A DNA stretch of 64,000 nt from Patescibacteria group bacterium (GCA_041650915.1 JBAZKE010000001.1:119770-183769); one strand, 5' to 3'; shown: positions 41,172-50,389, counted from the stretch's first letter. The notes: a model not told the origin generated them from the sequence alone. Made by a program: numbers and translations.

Positions 41172-41173
41172 AT

Positions 41174-41249
41174 TCCGGGGTAGTTGAGTTGGTACAACGC
41201 CGCACTGTTAATGCGGATATCGCTGGTTCGAATCCAGCCCCCGGAGCCA
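41174..41249 (+). tRNA. tRNA-Asn(GTT), copy B (divergent, encoded CCA)
   Basis: TCCGGGG-TA-GTTG-AGTTGGTA-CAAC-G-CCGCA-CTGTTAA-TGCGG-ATATC-GCTGG-TTCGAAT-CCAGC-CCCCGGA-G-CCA; complete 76-nt cloverleaf. Confidence 0.95.
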
Positions 41250-41250
41250 G

Positions 41251-41580
41251 ATCGGCTTGGCAGCTTACGGCGCATCTTAGTATGGCATCTGGGGATTTAT
41301 TGAGGATTTTGCCCTAAAACTCGGCAAGCAGGGGGTGCGGGTTAACGCCATCGCCCCGGGCGGCGTGGTCACTGAAGGTGTGGCTAAGATGGGCGAAGCG
41401 GCAGCTACTACTGGTATTGACATGAAGGAGATGACCAAGCAATTCATGGCTTAGATACTGCTCGGACGCATGGGCGAACCTGATGGGATTGGCGCGGCAG
41501 TATTATTGCTTGCAAGCGATGCTTCCGCGTACATGACCGGTTCAATGATTGTCGTTGACGGCGGAGCACTGTTGGCATAA
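41251..41580 (+). pseudogene. short-chain dehydrogenase/reductase C-terminal fragment with two in-frame stops
   Basis: GLAAYGAS*YG (YxxxK Lys replaced by TAG), [34 protein letters not shown]; no 5' half. Confidence 0.88.
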
Positions 41581-41730
41581 GAGGAAAGAATAGAGGATTA
41601 CTCATAGTCCATTGGACTGAAACCACAACCCTCGCATCATGCCATCCGACAGGCGCGGGTGTATTAATGGCGAGCAAAACCGCCCGTCGGAATTTCATTC
41701 AGTTTATAGACAACCTTTCATTCTGTCCGC

Positions 41731-41771
41731 TTGACAGTATACAATATCGTATGATATCATGATGATATCAT
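41731..41771 (+). promoter_or_regulatory. promoter with tandem palindromic operator
   Basis: ttgaca at 41731; ATGATATCAT twice (41751-41760, 41762-41771) over the -10/+1 region. Confidence 0.65.
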
Positions 41772-41792
41772 TAACATTAACTCACAAATCCT

Positions 41793-42662
41793 ATGATTTC
41801 CGAACGTACAGTCCTGCATCAGAAAGGTATTCCCGTGGTCGTTATTCTGCTTGTATTGCTTATCGCTTGGGTAGCGTTATCTATCTGGGCTGGCTCCGAA
41901 GAGAACGAGATCGGCGTCACCGTTGCGGTTTTCCTGTTGACCGTGACGATATTTTGCTGCCGTGGACTCATCATCGTGAACCCGAACCAGGCTACGGTCG
42001 TGCAGCTGTTTGGGAAGTACTCAGGCTCGGTCAAACAGGCCGGCTTTTGGTGGGTCAACCCGTTCACGACCAGAAAAACGGTTTCCTTGCGGATCCACAA
42101 CTTCGAGACCGGCAAGCTCAAAGTCAATGACCAGGATGGCAATCCGATAGAAATTGCCGCCGTCGTGGTATGGAATGTCGTCGATACGGCTGAAGCCGCG
42201 TTCAACGTGGAAGACTACAAGGATTTTGTTCACGTGCAGAGTGAGGCCGCAGTTCGCAACTTGGCAACCTCATTCCCCTACGATGCGCACGAAGAGGGAA
42301 AGCAGTCTTTGCGCGGCAATACCAATGAGATAGCGGTCGAGCTGCAGAAAGAAATCCAGGACCGCCTCGCCAAGGCCGGAATCACGGTCATTGAGGCGCG
42401 CATCAGCCACCTGGCGTACGCGCCGGAAATTGCCAGTGCCATGCTCCGGCGGCAGCAGGCGAACGCCATTATCGCCGCGCGCCAGCGCATTGTCGAGGGT
42501 GCGGTCAGCATGGTCCAGATGGCGCTGACGCAACTGGAGGAAAGCCATACGGTGAAGCTCGATGAGGAACGGAAAGCTGCAATGGTATCAAATTTACTGG
42601 TGGTTTTAACCAGTGATCGCGATGCGCAGCCGGTTGTGAACACCGGTACGCTCTATCAATAA
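41793..42662 (+). CDS. SPFH/band 7 domain protein
   Basis: IVNPNQATVVQLFGKY, KLKVNDQDGNPIEIA, ARISHLAYAPEIA, PVVNTG. Confidence 0.92.
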   Translation: MISERTVLHQKGIPVVVILLVLLIAWVALSIWAGSEENEIGVTVAVFLLTVTIFCCRGLIIVNPNQATVVQLFGKYSGSVKQAGFWWVNPFTTRKTVSLRIHNFETGKLKVNDQDGNPIEIAAVVVWNVVDTAEAAFNVEDYKDFVHVQSEAAVRNLATSFPYDAHEEGKQSLRGNTNEIAVELQKEIQDRLAKAGITVIEARISHLAYAPEIASAMLRRQQANAIIAARQRIVEGAVSMVQMALTQLEESHTVKLDEERKAAMVSNLLVVLTSDRDAQPVVNTGTLYQ

Positions 42663-42841
42663 TGGCGAACGCGAACGGGCAAAAGCGGTTTTTACTGCGC
42701 GTAGAGTCCGGTTTGTACGATGCGCTCCAGCGGCTGGCGCGGGACGAATACCGGAGCGTCAATGGGTTGATCGAGTGGATGCTTGCTGACGCGCTGCGCA
42801 AGCGGGGCCGGCTCCCGCAGAGCCGTGTGCCGAAGGGATAG
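42662..42841 (+). CDS. Arc/ribbon-helix-helix DNA-binding protein (59 aa, not in the ORF track)
   Basis: KRFLLRVESGLYDALQRLARDEYRSVNGLIEWMLADAL; TAATG overlap with the SPFH gene. Confidence 0.85.
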   Translation: MANANGQKRFLLRVESGLYDALQRLARDEYRSVNGLIEWMLADALRKRGRLPQSRVPKG

Positions 42842-43116
42842 TGCCTGAGGCATGAATTCTGTTTGAGGAGCGCCGCTGCGAAGTTTGCCATTGGCAGCGG
42901 CGTGCCGCTGGCATCAGCGGGCAATATTAGAAAAAACGGTTACCATCGGGCAACCGTTTTTCGTTGAAAGAGCATTGATGCGCAAGATTGGATGAGCGCC
43001 TAACAGGACGTTGTTCCGGCGCTCGGCGGCAGGGCCATCTGGTTCAGGCTCCTGATTTCCCGCAGGACCAACAGCGGGCCGCGGCCATTTTCAGCATTCA
43101 TGGCAAACCTCTTCAC

Positions 43117-43398
43117 TCAATTCCAGACCTGCCCAACGCGGGCGCGCTGATCAGGGTCCAGTTCCCGAGCTGCGAGCTCCTTGAGCGCGAATCGGTACAG
43201 TTCTGGCCGCAGGGTTGGGAAATGGTGTGGGCTGGCCAATGTGATCAGCTGGCCGAATGTCAGAGCACTCACGGCTTCCTGTACTGCGGTTCCTGATTCA
43301 AGCGCATTCATGGAGTTTTCCCAGCCTGCGTAGACTTCCATGAATTTTTCCGGCAATCCATGGGGAAAGCTGGAGCCCAGTTGCAACTGCTTGTCCAT
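43117..43398 (-). CDS. hypothetical protein
   Basis: Strong SD gaaggagg; preceded by a terminator and leader ORF. Confidence 0.7.
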   Translation of the reverse strand: MDKQLQLGSSFPHGLPEKFMEVYAGWENSMNALESGTAVQEAVSALTFGQLITLASPHHFPTLRPELYRFALKELAARELDPDQRARVGQVWN

Positions 43399-43439
43399 GT
43401 GAGGACCTCCTTCTGTTTTTGGTGTTGAAAAAAGAACAT

Positions 43440-43615
43440 AAAAAAACCGGCCTCGTTGGCCGGAATTCTGGAACGGTAGCTCTATTCGTTAAAAAATATT
43501 ATGCAGCACCAAGTGGCCAAGAGGATAAGGATTCCTTGTGGCGTGGCGGGATGTGGCTATAGAGAGTTGCGTGTTGCATACGAAGGCATATTATCATAAT
43601 GTATTGTCATGTCAA
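43440..43615 (-). promoter_or_regulatory. promoter, 26-aa leader ORF (43499-43579) and attenuator-like terminator
   Basis: ttgaca-16-taatat; leader MQHATLYSHIPPRHKESLSSWPLGAA; terminator ccggcc-aacga-ggccgg-T7; leader segment cctcttggcc complements ggccaacgagg. Confidence 0.6.
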
Positions 43616-43738
43616 TGGGTGCGCGCCTGAGGAACAATCCACGCGGAGCATAGCACCCGTGACCTCCTTTTTCCTATACGCACAGTGGCCTGCGGTGGTA
43701 TAATAACCCTATCTTATTCATCATTATCAAATCATAGT

Positions 43739-44137
43739 ATGGCAGACCAAGAAAAAGAGAAAGGAAGTTGCCCTGAGTGCGGGTATCCTGCCGAAGCAGG
43801 GCATAGTCCGGCTTGCCCGGCAGGGGCGGGAAAAAGTGAAAATCAAGTGCCGGAAGCTGGCGAAAAAGAGGCCGATTCTCAGGAGCAGTATGCTGATTTT
43901 AGTGAAGTCGCCGACCTGTTTGCTGCAATGAGTACAGGCGATACACAGCGCGTGACTCTAGCGAATGGGCGTGAAGTGTTATTGGTTGTCGAAAAAAAAC
44001 TCGTCAGTATCGTTGAGGAAGTAGGCGGTGAAAAAATAGTGAGCCGTTTTTATCCTAATGGTACGGAGTTTGACCGGAAGTCCTTTCAGACGAGTGACGA
44101 GCTCCGGTGGGCACGGTTGAAACGGCGGGAGCGCTAG
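43739..44137 (+). CDS. hypothetical protein with N-terminal CxxC...H..C motif
   Basis: CPECGYPAEAGHSPAC; tataat promoter element upstream. Confidence 0.6.
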   Translation: MADQEKEKGSCPECGYPAEAGHSPACPAGAGKSENQVPEAGEKEADSQEQYADFSEVADLFAAMSTGDTQRVTLANGREVLLVVEKKLVSIVEEVGGEKIVSRFYPNGTEFDRKSFQTSDELRWARLKRRER

Positions 44138-44245
44138 GTTATTTTCACTCGCAGTTGGGATAGTCTTGCTGCCTGGGCGTTAGGCAAAGGTATCCCGTGA
44201 GCCGGCACTCTTTTTTATTAGCGGCAGATGCGGTAGAATAGGGGC

Positions 44246-45028
44246 ATGCCTGAGACGGGTATCCGTATAATGAGCGCCCAAAATCCGAGCGTCAAAGCCC
44301 TCAAGAAGCTCCAGCATAAGAAGTACCGTGACGAGCGAGGCCTTTTTGTCATTGAGAATCCACTGACGGTGAGGGATGGCATCGCGCGCGGTGCAGTGGC
44401 CGAGGAGCTGTACCTCACCCCGGCATTCGAAGAGCGGTACGGGGAAGCGTATCGTAAAATCATATCGGCCGTTCCCGCGGAGAAGGTGTACCGGGTCACG
44501 GATGCCGTGCTGGCATCGTGCGTTTCTCTCGAGCAACCGCAGGGCATCGCGGCGGTGTATGCGAAGCCGGCTGAACGCGTTGATACGGAGCGGTCAGTCG
44601 TTTTTTTAAATGGAATTGCAGATCCGGGCAACGTCGGCGCGATCGTGCGATCGTGCGCTGCGTTTGGGATCGCTTCAGTCGTTGGCGACCAGGAGAGCGC
44701 GGATTTTTTCAATCCGAAGGCCGTCAGCGCCGCGAAGGAGTCGATTTTTTCCGTCGGGCTGTCGCGGAGCAGTGCTGGTTTTCTACGGCGAATACAGAAA
44801 AATATGCCCGTGTACGGCCTCGAAGCACACGGCGATTCTTTCCTTGCTGGCGTGCCGTTGAAGCACCCGCTCTGCCTCGTCTTCGGGAGCGAGGCGCACG
44901 GGCTGGGCGACGACGTACGTTCATACGTCGATAAAACCGTAACGATCCCGATTGATACGTCCCGGGTCGAGTCGCTCAACGTTGCAGCTGCCGCGGCAAT
45001 TGTACTGCAACTCATGCGCCCATCTTAA
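44246..45028 (+). CDS. TrmH/SpoU family RNA methyltransferase
   Basis: SAQNPSVK, DPGNVGAIVRS, VFGSEAHGL, ESLNVAAA. Confidence 0.93.
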   Translation: MPETGIRIMSAQNPSVKALKKLQHKKYRDERGLFVIENPLTVRDGIARGAVAEELYLTPAFEERYGEAYRKIISAVPAEKVYRVTDAVLASCVSLEQPQGIAAVYAKPAERVDTERSVVFLNGIADPGNVGAIVRSCAAFGIASVVGDQESADFFNPKAVSAAKESIFSVGLSRSSAGFLRRIQKNMPVYGLEAHGDSFLAGVPLKHPLCLVFGSEAHGLGDDVRSYVDKTVTIPIDTSRVESLNVAAAAAIVLQLMRPS

Positions 45029-45039
45029 CCGTAGCAGCT

Positions 45040-45588
45040 ATGTTCAACGAACTTCTCGACATTGTCGATGATCGCGGGCAGCTTACCGGCGAACGGAAAG
45101 CCCGGTCGGACGTGCACGCGCAGGGGCTGTGGCACCGGGTGGTCCACGCGTACCTGTACCGTGCCCGCGGCGGCACAATCGAGCTGCTCGTCCACAAGCG
45201 GTTTGCCGGGGCCGACTCTGATCCGAATGCGTGGGATACCCGTTTCGGCGGGCACTGCATCGCTGGCCAGGACTACGATGAAACGGTTTTGGAGGAACTG
45301 AAAGAGGAGGCCGGCATCGAGGTACCGCTTGCGAAGCTCACCCGGGGCCCGGTACTGAAGCGGCACAAGGGCAATAATAAAGAGTTTACCGCCACCTACT
45401 TTTTAGAATATGCTGGTGGTGCGGCTGCGCTTTCGTTTCCAGACGGGGAAGTCACAGACGCCCGGTGGATGCCGATTGAGGAGATTGAGCGCGCGCTCAA
45501 GACAGAACCAGCTGGGTGGGCGCCTCGCGCAACCGGATTCCATGAGATCAAGGATTTTTTGCGGCGCGCCGCGAGCAAATCGGCATAG
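45040..45588 (+). CDS. NUDIX hydrolase (IPP isomerase-like)
   Basis: VHAQGLWHRVVH, WDTRFGGH...EELKEEAGI, DGEV. Confidence 0.85.
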   Translation: MFNELLDIVDDRGQLTGERKARSDVHAQGLWHRVVHAYLYRARGGTIELLVHKRFAGADSDPNAWDTRFGGHCIAGQDYDETVLEELKEEAGIEVPLAKLTRGPVLKRHKGNNKEFTATYFLEYAGGAAALSFPDGEVTDARWMPIEEIERALKTEPAGWAPRATGFHEIKDFLRRAASKSA

Positions 45589-45644
45589 TCTTGGAGGATT
45601 CGTATGCACATGCCAATAATTACTAAGCTGTAACCATAATACGT

Positions 45645-48179
45645 ATGAAAACGATTCGGATGGGGTATCTGCTCTTTGCGTTCCTTGCCGTCGGCGGATT
45701 GCTCATCGGCGCACAGGCCGCACGAGCAGCGGAAAATATCACGTGGGCGCAAGCTAACGAGGACGGCTTTGGCGATCCCGATCGTATGGTTGTGTATGAT
45801 TTTCAGGAATTCGACGGGATGCTCTATGCCTGCGTGGTTCATGGAGTGGCCGATTATAGCATCATGGCATACGATGGAACTGAATGGACATTAGCATCGA
45901 TAACCGGATTCGGGGACTTCAATAACAGCGATTGCTATCATATGGCCGTATTTAATGGCAACCTGTATGTGGGTACCCGGAACGACGTAACGGGCGCTGA
46001 GGTCTGGGCGTACGATGGTACCGACTGGTCCCAGGTGAATACGGACGGTTTTGGGGACGCTGCTAATTCATCCATTTGGGGCATGTATGGGGATAACGAT
46101 TATTTATATGCGACAACACTGAACCTGACAACGGGAGCGCAAATATGGGCGTATGACGGCACTGACTGGACGCAAATTGTTGCTGACGGATTCGGGACAA
46201 CCTTCACCCTATACGCAGTCCCCATGGTTACGTTTCAGGATAAGCTGTTTACAGGAACGTACAATGGGAACGGCAGCCAGCTGTGGGCGTATGACGGCAC
46301 TGACTGGACGCAAATCGGCACTGACGGATTTGGAACAACGAACATCGGGATTATCAGCCTCGCCGTGTACGAGGATCGGCTGTTTATCGGCACATACAAT
46401 CCAATAACTGGCGCTGAAATTTGGACCTATGACGGCACGAATCTGGATTCCCTGATGACGGGAGGGTTCGGGAGCGCGGACAACTGGACCGTTCTTTCGC
46501 TTGCTGAGTACCACGACCTGTTATACGCGAGCACCACGAACGAAGCGAGTGGCACTGAAGTGTGGGTGTACGAGCTTGACGAGTGGACCCAGATAAACGA
46601 TGACGGCTTCGGAAATGCATTGAATTTTCGGTGCCGCGATCTCGCGGTGTGGGAGTACGCGCTGTATGGTAGTGCAGATAATTTAGTAACCGGAGTTGAG
46701 GTATGGGTTGGCAGCGTGGATGACAGCGGCGGCCCAGTTGTATTGTCTCCATCACCGGCAGCAAATGAAATCAGCGTCGCCTCTGACGCCGATGTTTCAT
46801 TTGAAATTACCGACGCTGTTTGGGACGTTGATCTCGGGACGCTGAGCGTGGTATTTGGCGATACGGATGTGATTCTCGGAGGCGTTTTCCAAGCTGGATA
46901 CAGCGGCACGATCGAGCACAACGGCGAGAACGGGTATGTCGTAACGATTAATCCTGCTGATAGTTTTATACCCGGAGAGCTTATCAGCGTTGGTGTTGCC
47001 GCGGATGATGTCGTGGGAAATGCGATGGCCGGTGCATGGACGTTCACCATTGATCGCATCCGGCCCTCCCTCGGCATCGTCGTTACCCCCGCCTCAGCAG
47101 GCGGCCCCAACGTCCGGGTTGTGGATGATGCTGGCACCCAGATTTCCTCCTTTTTTGCCTATGACCAGTCTCTCCGCATGGGCCTGGAAGTGGAGCAGGC
47201 GGACATTGACGCGGACGGGGTGAACGAGATCGTGATTACGCCCGGTGCAGGCGTCGAATCCCGCATCAAGGCGTTTGAATTGGACGGCACGGAAATGGCA
47301 AACACACTCGCGTTCAACGAGGGCTTCACCGGCGGGGTGAACGTCGCGACCGGGGACTTTGACGGCGACCACGCGGAAGACATCGCGGTAACCCCGATCG
47401 GCGCCGGCGGCCCCAATATCCGCATCTATACGTACGATGCAACCGAAGAAGCATTTGAGCTTCTGGACTGGTTTTTTGGGTACGGCGAGGAATTCCGCGG
47501 TGGCGTGAATGTGGCAGCCGGCGACCTTGACAATGACGGTATTGACGAGCTCATCGTGACCCCCCGGGGCGCCATGTCGCCGGAGGTGAAGGTATTCCGG
47601 TACAATGCCGGCACTCAGGCATTTGACCTCGTCGACAGCGTGACCGCGTACCAGGATACGTTTTTCGGCGGGGTGCAGGTAGCCACGGGTGACGTGGATT
47701 CTGACGGCAGTGACGACATTATTGTCGCCCCGTTCCTGAATGGCGGCCCCAATATCCGCATTTACTCGCTCAACGGCTCGGATGAGCTCGAGCTGCTGGA
47801 CTGGCTCATGGCGTACGATAACAGCTACCGCGGCACGCTTTCCATGCAGGTCGGGGACACGGACGGCGATGGTTACAACGAAGTCGTCGTCGCTCCCAAG
47901 ACCTTGGGTGATTCCACGGTCAAGGTGCTGCGCTATGACGGCACTGATTTCGAAGAAGTCGATTCATTCATGGCGTATGACGAGCATTTCACGGGCGGGG
48001 TAAACCTGTTTGTGCACGACACTGACGCTGACGGTTTTGACGAGGTCATGGCGTCGCCGGCCTCCCATGGCGGCCCGAACCTGCGCGTGTACGATTACGA
48101 TTCCGATGTCGAGGTGCTCAAAGACTGGTTTTGGGTATTTCCCGAGGGTTTCCGGGGCGGAGTGAATTTTGGGAAGTAA
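45645..48179 (+). CDS. secreted surface protein: beta-propeller repeats, Ig-like domain and FG-GAP repeat C-terminus
   Basis: Signal peptide, repeated WAYDGTDW..DGFG units, GGPNVR/GDxDGDG repeats. Confidence 0.85.
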   Translation: MKTIRMGYLLFAFLAVGGLLIGAQAARAAENITWAQANEDGFGDPDRMVVYDFQEFDGMLYACVVHGVADYSIMAYDGTEWTLASITGFGDFNNSDCYHMAVFNGNLYVGTRNDVTGAEVWAYDGTDWSQVNTDGFGDAANSSIWGMYGDNDYLYATTLNLTTGAQIWAYDGTDWTQIVADGFGTTFTLYAVPMVTFQDKLFTGTYNGNGSQLWAYDGTDWTQIGTDGFGTTNIGIISLAVYEDRLFIGTYNPITGAEIWTYDGTNLDSLMTGGFGSADNWTVLSLAEYHDLLYASTTNEASGTEVWVYELDEWTQINDDGFGNALNFRCRDLAVWEYALYGSADNLVTGVEVWVGSVDDSGGPVVLSPSPAANEISVASDADVSFEITDAVWDVDLGTLSVVFGDTDVILGGVFQAGYSGTIEHNGENGYVVTINPADSFIPGELISVGVAADDVVGNAMAGAWTFTIDRIRPSLGIVVTPASAGGPNVRVVDDAGTQISSFFAYDQSLRMGLEVEQADIDADGVNEIVITPGAGVESRIKAFELDGTEMANTLAFNEGFTGGVNVATGDFDGDHAEDIAVTPIGAGGPNIRIYTYDATEEAFELLDWFFGYGEEFRGGVNVAAGDLDNDGIDELIVTPRGAMSPEVKVFRYNAGTQAFDLVDSVTAYQDTFFGGVQVATGDVDSDGSDDIIVAPFLNGGPNIRIYSLNGSDELELLDWLMAYDNSYRGTLSMQVGDTDGDGYNEVVVAPKTLGDSTVKVLRYDGTDFEEVDSFMAYDEHFTGGVNLFVHDTDADGFDEVMASPASHGGPNLRVYDYDSDVEVLKDWFWVFPEGFRGGVNFGK
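46146..46315 (+). repeat. 32-nt exact intragenic direct repeat (propeller blades)
   Basis: tgggcgtatgacggcactgactggacgcaaat at 46146-46177 and 46284-46315. Confidence 0.85.
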
Positions 48180-48244
48180 ATTGGTTCAAATGAAAAAGAG
48201 GACGTCCGGAATGGGGCGCCCTCTTGATAAGATGCTTCTTCAAT

Positions 48245-48769
48245 CTATCGCGGCCACTTCGCCGTGAAGTAGTCAATCGCGAGCCTGAGGGCAGGCAGCT
48301 GATGGGGAATGAGATTCGGCGGGAGATTATCCACGTCGTAGAATGCGCCGACCGTTGGTTCCCTGTCAGCCGTGCAGAGATAGATAATCTCCACGGTCTT
48401 GCCACGAGGGGTATCAATGAGCAGCGGCGGTTCATTGCCGTATCCCACGTAGTGGGCGTCAACGAGTTTCGCGTTAAGCTCATTATTGAAGATGCGTTGT
48501 ATTGCATCCTCAAAAGTGCTGTCGGTTTCCCTGACAACGCTGCCGGTAAAGTGCAGCTGGCCCCTGAAGTCGGGATCGGTGGCGTCCCGTTCAATCAGAT
48601 GGACCAGGATGTTGCCATCCACACGCTTGAGGAGGATCACCTCCACCGAAGCGTATGGGATTTTTGTTACCATGGCTCGAAACACGGAATAGGGCCACGG
48701 CTGTGGCAGGCGTTCGAGCAGTTCGACGAGCGTGCGCTCGTCATCAGGCGTCCAGGAAGTAGTGGTCAT
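48245..48769 (-). CDS. NUDIX-fold hypothetical protein
   Basis: ASVEVILL...GQLHFTGSVVRETD...AIQRIFNNEL; SD ggagg; promoter ttgaca-17-tatcat upstream. Confidence 0.65.
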   Translation of the reverse strand: MTTTSWTPDDERTLVELLERLPQPWPYSVFRAMVTKIPYASVEVILLKRVDGNILVHLIERDATDPDFRGQLHFTGSVVRETDSTFEDAIQRIFNNELNAKLVDAHYVGYGNEPPLLIDTPRGKTVEIIYLCTADREPTVGAFYDVDNLPPNLIPHQLPALRLAIDYFTAKWPR

Positions 48770-48963
48770 GAAGTTGACCCTCCATAGGCGCTTCCTTCCC
48801 CTGGAAAGAGGTCGCGGGTTGCGTAACTCTAGCCTCGAATAGAAGGAGGTATTAATAGAGTGTTCTTATAAAAAAGAACTAGGCATGATAGCTTATGCGG
48901 GGCGGTTTGTCAAGCCCAGGCGAAACACGGGACGTGGTATACTGAAGAAAAGATTTTTTAACC

Positions 48964-49221
48964 ATGCTCACTATGGCAGGAAAAGAGTATCTCAAAACAA
49001 TGCTGCAGCTCGCGACAACGGCGTTCGGGCTCGTCGCGGCACTCGCCTGGAACGAAGCAATTAAGGCGCTGTTCCAGGAAGTATTCGGCTCAACGTCGAA
49101 TATTATCGGTTTATTCGTCTATGCGATTGCCGTCACGGTAATCGTTGTGGCTGTTACAACGAGGCTCGCAAAACTAGCGGAAAAAGCGGGCATTCAAGAG
49201 CAAAAAAACAGCAGCAAGTAA
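48964..49221 (+). CDS. DUF5654-like small membrane protein
   Basis: LATTAFGLVAALAWNEAIK...FVYAIAVT. Confidence 0.8.
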   Translation: MLTMAGKEYLKTMLQLATTAFGLVAALAWNEAIKALFQEVFGSTSNIIGLFVYAIAVTVIVVAVTTRLAKLAEKAGIQEQKNSSK

Positions 49222-49345
49222 TTCTTGGGGAATTTCATTATTCTCTCTTGACAGAGATGCCTTTGTAGTGTACGATGCGGAGCTCGTTCGTATTACTGTT
49301 CTTTGTGAAAACTGCGTTATACGCAATAGCACAAGAGGTGTTGAG

Positions 49346-50266
49346 ATGGGGTTAATGCAGATTGTAGTCAAGGGAGAGCCCATCGTTCTTGACTTAGGCG
49401 AACCGATCCATGTTGGCGCGTTAGATCGCGCTCATCGTATTCTCGATGAACGCATGCCCGAGCTTTTTAATCGTTTACCTGCGGACCACATGTGGCGCAA
49501 GAAGCTGCAGCATGTGGTCGTGACGCCGGAGCTCGTCCATCCAATAATCGCCAGTTTTCGAGGCGAATTGAGCAATGAGCTGTTTCAGCTGTTGGTCTTC
49601 ATCTACCGGGCCCATGATATCGGGAGAGCGATTGAAGCGCTGAAAAAACTCGGCTCGCTGCCCGGTGATTATCGGCAATTCGAGCACCACGGTGAAGAAT
49701 CAGTGAATCTATTGCAGGAGTGGGGAGTGATTGATGGGACCCTTTCGGCGGGAGCATGGGAAGTCGCCCAGTACGCGATTCTCCACCACTTCGGCGCATG
49801 GACACCGACCCTTCCGGAGTCGCCTGAGTACCTCGATAACGTAAAGTACTTCGTGACGGTCTTGCTCCGCGATATCGACAAGTTGAGCACGTTCAAGGAG
49901 ACTACGGCGCAGTATCTCTACCTGCGCTGGAAGAAGGAGCGGGAGATTGCGATGCACGGGATACCCGAGCGTCATGCGGTCATCCCCGCCTCGTTTCTGT
50001 CGACGTTTGAGCGACGGGAAGTTCCGGACTTCCATGGTGTGAAACGGCGCAATGAGGAGCGTTCATATGAGGGGTACATGCTGTACTTCTTAGCATGGCT
50101 CTTCGATGTGAATCTGGCGCGCGTCATGGCAGAGATTGTCGAATCGAATGCGATACGGTGGCTGCTGCAGTACTTCAGTGAGCAGCTGCCGGAAACGGAC
50201 TTCGGGCGAATCAAGAGGACGGTCAGGGAGTACCTTTCCGGATATGGAATTGCGGTCGACGAGTAG
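49346..50266 (+). CDS. HD-domain phosphohydrolase
   Basis: H...AHDIGR...HHGEES...AILHH...LRDIDKL. Confidence 0.8.
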   Translation: MGLMQIVVKGEPIVLDLGEPIHVGALDRAHRILDERMPELFNRLPADHMWRKKLQHVVVTPELVHPIIASFRGELSNELFQLLVFIYRAHDIGRAIEALKKLGSLPGDYRQFEHHGEESVNLLQEWGVIDGTLSAGAWEVAQYAILHHFGAWTPTLPESPEYLDNVKYFVTVLLRDIDKLSTFKETTAQYLYLRWKKEREIAMHGIPERHAVIPASFLSTFERREVPDFHGVKRRNEERSYEGYMLYFLAWLFDVNLARVMAEIVESNAIRWLLQYFSEQLPETDFGRIKRTVREYLSGYGIAVDE

Positions 50267-50389
50267 TTGAACGCAGTCCAACGAGGAGTAGCGTTAGCGG
50301 CTGAGGTTTTTTGCTCCAGCCGCTTTTTTATTGTGGAGAAGTTTGTTATACTGGAATTAGCAATAATAAACTAACTAGGGGAGCAGGTT

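Noticed and set aside
41251-41580. Stop-codon recoding (TAG read-through) in the SDR fragment
   Set aside because: TAG ends several intact genes here (groES, groEL, ppsA, dnaG) and the fragment also lacks its 5' half, so decay is the simpler explanation.
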